From: Octopus vulgaris
Lineage: Eukaryota
Assembly (NCBI GenBank): GCA_951406725.2
Contig: OX597817.1
Span: forward strand, 81,406,001 to 81,470,000
DNA length: 64,000 bases
Direction of reading: 5' to 3'
The number at the start of each line of letters is the position of its first letter. Position 1 is the stretch's first letter. The notes under the pieces are model-generated. The model did no database searches and had not been told where the DNA came from. It saw nothing but the letters and a program-made list of their open reading frames with translations. The translations under genes and the position numbers were made by a program. Shown piece after piece: positions 12,651 to 64,000 of this stretch.

Positions 12651-15600
12651 TGCAATAATCCACTACTAAATTCACAGCATAATGAAAAACGGTGCCACAT
12701 TCAAATTCAAGCATCTGCCAGCTCCCACAGAATATCCTTGAAAATTAACCCAGCTTCATCTGAAAGCATTCAAAGAGAAAAAAGAAAAAATTGAAGAACA
12801 TTTGTAAAATTTGCATAATTTAATGTTTGCTTACATCTTGGTTCTAAGAAAGTCACTTGCTTATAAATGGTTGTGGTGCTGTCAACACTTCTGTTAAATT
12901 GTCCATACCACCTTCTAAGACATGAAATAGATTCTTTAATTGAAAAACAGGTAAATGACAAAAGAGGTATCCAGTTGTAAAACAAAGCCTCAATAATTCC
13001 TTTCTGTTGAAAGAGCATAGGCTTGAAATGTCAAAGACTTTTACATTTTTCCTGAGTGTTTAATACACCTCATTTGTTGTTCCCTCACCTGTCTGAGCCC
13101 AAATATATTCTAACCCATGGGAAAATAAATGTAAAACAAAGCAATAATTACTGAATAGTAGCCAAAAGTCATTTAGCCCTGATGAAGCAGATATGATGAA
13201 AGGTGTTTCAATTGCAATCATCCTTCTCCATTATCTAATGTTATCTTAGTGATGATATGAAGATAATAATAAGATGTCTAATTGTAAAGCTTGGCTTTGT
13301 CTTGGGTCCTCAAATCCTTGATGGAATTATAGGTGGGGTGTCCTGACATACAGTATCACTTGAGTAATTTTTTGGACAAGGCAACATATTGCTCTCCACG
13401 TTTGATTACAGCCAATTCCTTCCAAGTGAGAACAAGCAAGACAGGCAGGCAGAAAGAGAATTGGTCCCCAGAATCTGACTGGGACTTTATCAGTTCTCAA
13501 GAGAATGAAAATTCAAGTCAACATCAGTAGGATTTGAACTCAGTGCACAGAAAGCCAGAATAATTACAACAAAGCAATCCAACACACTAATGATTCTGCT
13601 AATTGACCACTTAATTCTAAGATGCTGAGTAAACTATATGGAAGTTTCTTTAGTGTCTTGGGCCAAAAAAGACATTATTTCATTCTCCTTTCTTAAACGA
13701 AGTACACAACCTTTGTTTCAATTTTGAAAATAATGGCTGTGGTGCTGTCAACACTTCTGTTAACAAATTGTTCAAATCACCTTCTAAGATATGAAATAGT
13801 AGATTCCTTAATTGAAAAACAGGCAAAGGTATCCAGTTGTAAAACAAATCTTCAATAATTCTTTTCTGTTGAAAGAGTATTATTAAGGAACAGGCATGGC
13901 TGTGTGGTTGAGAGGCTTGCTTGCCAAGTATGTGGTTGTGGGCTCAGTCCCACTGTATGGCACCTTAGCAAGGGCTTTCTACTATAGTCCCAGGCTGATC
14001 AAAACCTTCTGAGTGGATATGGCAAATAGAAACTGAAAGAAACCTGCTATATATATATTTTTGCTTAGGCATTATGAGACTAATAACCTGATGTAGAACT
14101 CATGGGTGGAGCCCTTGGCTTCCATTTCCCATGAATGCGTTGGTTTTCTCATTGGTAACACTTTTTCTTATATATATATATATATGCATAAATGTAATTC
14201 TTTTCCAAAATAAATTACATTTCATATTTGAGGCTCTGATGAACTATAAAGTTATTCAGGCACTCAACTCTGAGTACACTGCAGCTGTAAGGTAATGAAG
14301 TTCATAAGATAATTATTTATTCCCTTGTCATCTCATTTTCTTGTTTGTATATATGTACATAAATACATGTGTCTGTACCCTTGCCTTCACATCACATGTG
14401 GTTGTAAATGAGCATGTCGTTTGTTTCCAGTGTTCTGTGATAAATATGTCTAGCCATAGGAAACATTACTTTGCTTGGTAACAGGTTAGGGTTAGTGACA
14501 AAAAGGACATGTGGCCATTGAAAATCTGCCCCAACAAATTCCATTTGATCCATACAAGAGTGCAAAAGCAGACACTGAAATGGTGATTAAGCTGGTGTTT
14601 AGTCTATAAATTAACAGGAAATTTTGATGGAACATTTTAACTTAAATTCCTTTAAAACAAAAAGCTTGTATCATAGAACCAAAGGCAGTCTTGGGTGCAT
14701 TGATATCAAATGGATCAACAATGGGAAGTGCAGGTAAATGACATCACATTTTCTTCAATTTATATGTGAATTTCCAAAATATATCCCGTTTCCTTTTCAC
14801 ACTGGGTACAAGGCTACATATTTGAATTAATAAGAACTGATCTGAACCCTGTCAACCTCCTCAATTCCTGCCAAGTATGGAAGAAGCAATGTAAAAATGG
14901 TGGTGATGCTCAAACTGATGCTTGGAACCTATGATAGGAGCATTTCACAGATGTGATGATTAATGCTTTTGTTTCATTTAATTTTGAAAAGAATGAAGAA
15001 TTTAGTGAAATGACTCATTTATTAAGCAGAGTTTGTAAAAATTTAATATGAAATGTTAATGGAAGGTTTTAATTGTAACTACTTTAAAAAATGACTTTTA
15101 TTACAGAACTAGGGGTGTTCTCAGGCAGGTTAATATTGAAAAAGTTAAGAGAAGTTTTGTATGATATTTAAGTATATTGAACAGAGATTTAACTACAAAT
15201 TAAAAACAACCAAAATTTTGATTTTTAGGACCTTCATCAACATTGTCATCCTTTAAAGTATGTCTCCCATGCATTGGATGTTTTAATCAGAGCTGGCAAG
15301 CCAGGGAGCTGCACCAGGTTCCAATGTGATTTAGCTTGGCTTCTACAGCAAGACACCCTTCTTGATGACAACCACTTCACAGTGTGTGCCGAGTGCTTTT
15401 AACAAATCAAATATTAATGAATAAGCTGAAAATACCCTCAATTGCTTAAATCATAGCAATAATTCTGGTTTTTCACAAGATAATTTATCATTCATTTGTT
15501 GTCAGTATAGTAGGGTATTTAGCATTTATAAATTGACCACACCCTTACAAAAAAAAAAAAAAAAAAGCAACATATACATCCTACTACTAACCATTCAACT

Positions 15601-17399
15601 GCAAGGTAGGAGTAACTAAGAGTATCATGCAGGATAGTATCCACTTCTGCAGTCTGTTTATGCCGAATATAAACATGAATGTATAAGCTTAACTGTTTTA
15701 GTAGAGCTTTCATTGATGAAAAACCCTGAGACCAAAATGAAGAGAAAGAAAAAAAAATTAAAACAAGTACTTTTTCTTCTGCCAAAGAAGAATAGTTAGG
15801 TTGTATATAGCTCATACTAATAGCATCCCCCTACATATTTATACACCTATTGAAAGTCATTGGCAAATAAGCATAGGTTCACATACATTGTCTGTTGCTT
15901 CAACAAATCATTTTGATGAAGCGTGGTTGTGCCATATATACACTTGTGGGTCTGAATATTAGTAAATGTGAACTCCAATATATTGATATTTAGTCACACT
16001 TGATGTGTTTGTATTGTTTTCCCTGTGTTGCAGTGTTAGACACATTAACCAATAAGAGTATAATCATAGTTGAATTTAAAGGGGGGAAAAAGGAGCAATT
16101 GCCCCGGGCCTCCTCAAAAACTTGCCTTTAAAATTACATTTTCTCCACTTTAGTGATACCAATTACTCAAATCTAAAGTAGCTACTACCCAATTGTCCAA
16201 AACCAGCTTTAAATCCCTTGGGAATACAACAAGCAGATGGATGGAGGATAAGTAACTATGAAAAACAAAAACTTTCTGAAAAATATTCAATATTTCCATG
16301 CATCTACCTATATAAAGGTAGGTAGATAGAAATTGTTTGACTCTATAAGGACCTGCCAATTGCAGGTTTTTGAACTTGTAATCAAAACACATGCAAATGC
16401 AAACATGCAATTCACATATATTGCCACTCCCTAAAATTCATTATTCTGTTTGACATTAAAGTATTTTGGTATAATGGTCATATTTATGATAAAAAGGCAA
16501 GCTTTGAGCTTCCAAAATTTTAATTATAAAATTATCTTTTTCATGTAATATCACTCCACAGATAAAATCCGTTTTCTTTCACAGAACTTTGGAATAAGAG
16601 TTCTTTAAATTTTTGTTTTCCATTAAACTTAATCTCTGCCTTTTTTTAAAATTTTATATTTTTCATCTTCGTCAGCATAGAGTTATTCTCATTTTCATGT
16701 TATATTCACAAAAACAGTGATTTAGTACCTGTCACTGCTGCAGTTGCTATTCTTCAACTTTATTTTTCAGTTTGTCTATGGCCACCCCAATTTGAACCAT
16801 ACTAAAAAAAAAAAAAGTGAGTTGTAAGCTCAAATATCATTACATAGATGTTTGAAGTTTAGAAGGTTCCATGAAGTATACGACTCCTTTTCAAGCCTAT
16901 CAATTTTTTGAAGTGCTTTCTTTCCCAGGCCTCATGAAAGTGAAACAATTTTGTAAAAAACTAATTTAATGGCAACAAAATCCTTAATCTATAATTTGTT
17001 GTTAATCACTTAAACTCTTTTCTATCAACATTTGATTTATTTTGGCTGCAGGCCTACTTACCTGCATTAGATGTAAGAATAAGAGACACATGTGTAAAAA
17101 GTCCAGCTTAGTATGCCTGTGGCTAGATTAAACGAAGTGAGTTTACATGGCTTTCGTCAGTTACCCTTTTTATTTTTGAGAATATTTTCTTTTCGCTTTT
17201 ATTTAGATTATATATTCACACAGAATATCCAACATACCATAGTATATTCAGACATCACCCCCCAAAAATTCCAAAGAAAGCGAAAAAATGCTGCTGTACT
17301 GGCAAAAGACACACCACCTTGTATACATTTTCTTTGTTAAAAAGGAAAGGGGAAAAAAAAAAAAGGAAACTTAGAAGCTAATGAAGATTCAGTCATAGA

Positions 17400-18420
17400 A
17401 AATTCTTTTAAGATACTAGCTGTACTTCCAAGTGCATCTGCAAAAAATAGAAAATATTAACTCAAGGTATTGAAGATGAAGAATCACTGCATCCTACGTG
17501 CCATCTTGGGATTTAGACCAAGCAAGGTAGTTTTCTACCAGAGAAAAAGTATGTATCCACATTCCTTCAGAACTCAGAATCTTGACACCATTATAAAAAA
17601 AAAAAAGGCAAACTGGATGGGCACTGTCATTATTTTAAAAATTTAATGTTTTATACTATTTTGGTAATGGTAGGCAGCATCGGAGAAAGTGGATCCTGTA
17701 CAGCCCATCAATGAGTGCAGGTTATTGCTTATACTGTACTATGATGTCAAGCCCCATCACAAGTTCTCAAAGGATGGCTTTAATGATTGGTGGTGGGGAG
17801 GGGAGAACAGTGAAGAAAATAGTTATGTATTACGCCATTTTTGGGAGGCCAACAGAAAAACTTTCCTGCAGACTGGTTCTGGAGTATTGGCCACATCTGT
17901 CTTAGAATTTCTTTAAAAATACAGTATAAATTTTGAAGACTGCAGAACAGTCCTATGACAGCACCAGTAATATAGCCAATCACAGCAATATGAGCCAGAC
18001 TTAAGGAAAAAGAACTTGGTTACAATTTTCATTCTCTGTGCTGCTAATTTATTGGATCTTTTTAGACATGATAGTGCATCTTACTCTGTTGAAGCTGTTG
18101 GCTATATTGGCTTCATACAAAAGGTATACACTTTTTTGCTGCGTTGACACACTGATGGGCAAATTCAATGAAACTATTGGAAGAAAATAGGAGAATTAAC
18201 TTTGAAGACCTTGTCCGAAACTCGTTGGTCAGCAAGAGCTAATGCTGTTGAAACTCTCGTTGATGGCTATAACTGCATTCAAAATACACTCAGAGATGTT
18301 GAAGATGATTTAGAACTAACACCTGAAGCAAGATATGAAGCTCAGACATTGGCAGACAAAATGTTGTGAAACTACTCTAATGGCTAAGATCTGGAGTTTA
18401 ATTCTCGTATGGTTTAACAG
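17400..18420 (+). mobile_element. hAT-superfamily (ZMYM1-like) transposase relic, antisense to GLD-2 intron 1; element may start near 16070
   Basis: Fragments DCR/QSYDSTSN and TLKTLSETRWSARANAVETLVDGYNCIQNTL...TPEARYEAQTL match the hAT GQxYD and TRW motifs; many stops. Confidence 0.75.
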
Positions 18421-19933
18421 TAAAAATTAAGCATTTTACTCATGACAGTAGATATAAGTGACAAACGTAATCTTTCAAATTAGAAGCATATAAATAAATG
18501 AAAGGATTTCTCATTTTCAATGAATGAGGATTTTAGTGGTTCCATGAATGGCAGTACCATTTCGTCGAATTATATAATGCAAAGTAGCTGAGTATTCCAC
18601 AGAGAATTGCACTTCTTAAGGGCCAACTTTGAGACTGTCACAGTGAGTTCGCTCTTTTAATTACACCCACGTGCAAATAATTTTAATTCGTAAAGTTTTG
18701 GTCAACAAAAGCTACAGTGGCATATTCAAGATGCCGCGCTGTGTTATCGAACCCCGGAACCTCTAAATGAAAAGCGAACTTTACACAGACACAAGCTTAC
18801 ACATACAAAATGAAAAAGAATTACGCTTCAGTTTGTTTTTTTATCATTAAACTGTTGTCTTTTTTAGCCAGGAGACTGGCAATGACCCTGACCTTCTAGA
18901 GGGACTTAGAGATATCCTCAAACTAAATACCTGTCCCGAATACTGGCAATAGTGGGACTCCTTTAGGTGTCTGCTGGTGGTGTCAAACAGGGTGACTGGC
19001 TATAAAGCCAGGTTCAAGAGGCAAGTTCGAATTGAGGAATAAAGCTCAAAACATTTTTTCCTTTATAATGCTAAGATAATTTATTAGAAGTCAGTTTACT
19101 TTTAGGCGAACACAGAGAAATACGTACATATATAGCTGATGTAAATATGGATGGGATACAGGTCAAACCAGCATTCTTTAAGTTTATAAAAGATTTTCTC
19201 AGAAATTGCCGAAGGAAATAGTTTCACTTTATCGAAAGATAACCTATATATAAAATGTGTTTTTAAAATTGGATTAAAGAGAGTAAATAACATTCGCTGG
19301 GGAAAAAAATAAATACTCGGTGTGAGTATAGGGTCCGAGAAGCTGTTGCCGGCGAAACTTCAAAGTCGATGGATAGATAGATTGAGATAACATAGGTCAA
19401 GAAGGGATGGATACAGTTGAATTTAGCGTTTCAAATGGGCAAGTTCACAGAGTGCGTCTATTTTATTTTTAACAGAAAAGGGAGAATTCATGTGTGTGTG
19501 TGTGTGTATATATATATATCTGCACACACACACTTACAAAGTTGATAAATATCTAAAATAACGGGTTAAAAAAAATTGTTTGTAACCTCTCGTTTCGGTT
19601 AATATTTATCCAGGGAATGAAAACTCAAAAGTGAAAATGCCATGCCCCACTATACTTCAGAGACGAGGTGTGGTTTACCTTCCGGGAGAAGGTTTCAACT
19701 AGAACGTGAAGAGTATACTTCGAGGGTATCGTAATTACTTTTAATGAGTTACACTAATTGTTTGTTTGTTCGCTTTTAGCCAAATTTTATTACATAAATA
19801 CAATAATATATTGAACCAACATATAACTTATGTCCCTCTTATAATCGATAAAAGAGGGACTCTAAAACCTATATTCATTTTAATCCTTACTAATAAAAGG
19901 CTATGTTGTAATATTTATTAGAAGTAAACTTAC

Positions 19934-20050
19934 CATCAGATAAGATCGAGTTTAGCTGTCTCGTTGCTTCAGCTGAATGTGGAAGATATGTGAAGTAGAA
20001 GGAAAAACATACATACACGCAAACAAACAACTTTCTTCTAAAGAGACTCG
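19934..20050 (-). other. Probable non-coding first exon of GLD-2 (5' boundary approximate)
   Basis: Consensus donor ATG|gtaagt at 19934/19933, next to the CpG/CRE-rich promoter; the TSS cannot be read from sequence. Confidence 0.6.
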
Positions 20051-20069
20051 GTGGCTCGAGGTGAATGTT

Positions 20070-20150
20070 AGACGGTGTCTACGTCATCACTGTATGCGCA
20101 CATGTTTCGACGACGTCACCGATTGATGAGTATTATGACGTCAACATTCA
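20070..20150. promoter_or_regulatory. Core of a putative bidirectional GLD-2/UPF1 promoter with three CRE/ATF-type sites and an NRF1-like TGCGCA
   Basis: TACGTCAT 20080-20087, TGCGCA 20095-20100, CGACGTCA 20111-20118 and a perfect TGACGTCA 20136-20143, in a CpG-rich patch between two divergent first exons. Confidence 0.65.
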
Positions 20151-20797
20151 GCTGTAGAAAGGGTTGTGCCTCTGCGGAACGCCACTGAATTCAAAAACAA
20201 ACAAAACAATATATTTAACTGCTCCAAGATAACCAAAATTTGCTACAGCACACTCTCATATATACACAAGAAGAAGAAGAAAAACAAATTGGAAAAATCG
20301 CTAACCACATACAATACACACATCCATAGATATAGCCATACACATTTGTGCCTCTGTGTGTGTGCATATCCAGCTATAGATATATGTATATATATATATA
20401 TACACACACACATATACATTCACACACACAAATGTATTTCTGTGAAGCTAAATATTAACTGCTCCAAGATAAGATAAGATAAGAAGACAAATCTGACCAG
20501 ATTCAGTACACACACACACATATATCAGTTTAATACTCAACTGAAATTGCCAGTAATAGTTTCATGCTTATATGATACTTGAACAGGCATATTTATGAAA
20601 TACGCCATGTATTTTCAAGCAACCTTTCAATATTTCAATATAATTTCTCTTCCTTCTGCGCTTATATTTTCTGTGTGATGGGTTATGCTCGAACCCGAGA
20701 ATAAGAAGAAAAGACACGCAAGAAAAGCACAGTTTTCAAAAATCTGCGAAGAATTTTATTTTTTTTTTTGTTATTCTGTTCCTGCAATTAAGTCGCC

Positions 20798-64000
<43,203 letters not shown>

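Noticed and set aside
19673-19760. Second minus-strand donor AAG|gtaaac at 19679 as an alternative GLD-2 first exon
   Set aside because: Plausible but supported only by a short motif; not distinguishable from chance without transcripts.

Overview
AT-rich animal genomic DNA dense in microsatellites, SINEs and MITEs. The repeat families look like coleoid cephalopod (Octopus) ones; this is inference, not a database result. Two spliced genes diverge from a shared region of under 0.9 kb near 20.1 kb. Minus strand: a GLD-2/TENT2 (PAPD4) cytoplasmic poly(A) polymerase with a probable non-coding exon 1 ending at 19934 and 8 coding exons (12650 down to 115) that run off the left edge. Plus strand: UPF1 (NMD helicase) with ATG at 20798, a 29.3 kb first intron and 7 coding exons that run off the right edge. 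All coding exons were joined by hand with GT-AG sites and consistent phases. The introns hold two mariner relics, a Tc1 relic, hAT and Tigger relics, RTE and Penelope-like fragments, a 5S rRNA pseudogene, and many tRNA-SINEs and TTAA MITEs. Most notable: the head-to-head poly(A)-addition/NMD pair over a CRE cluster; a uORF-loaded GLD-2 leader; and large intronic fold-backs (about 3 kb in GLD-2, about 1.2 kb just before UPF1 exon 7) that should form long pre-mRNA dsRNA. Almost all other ORFs in the supplied track are repeat artefacts.
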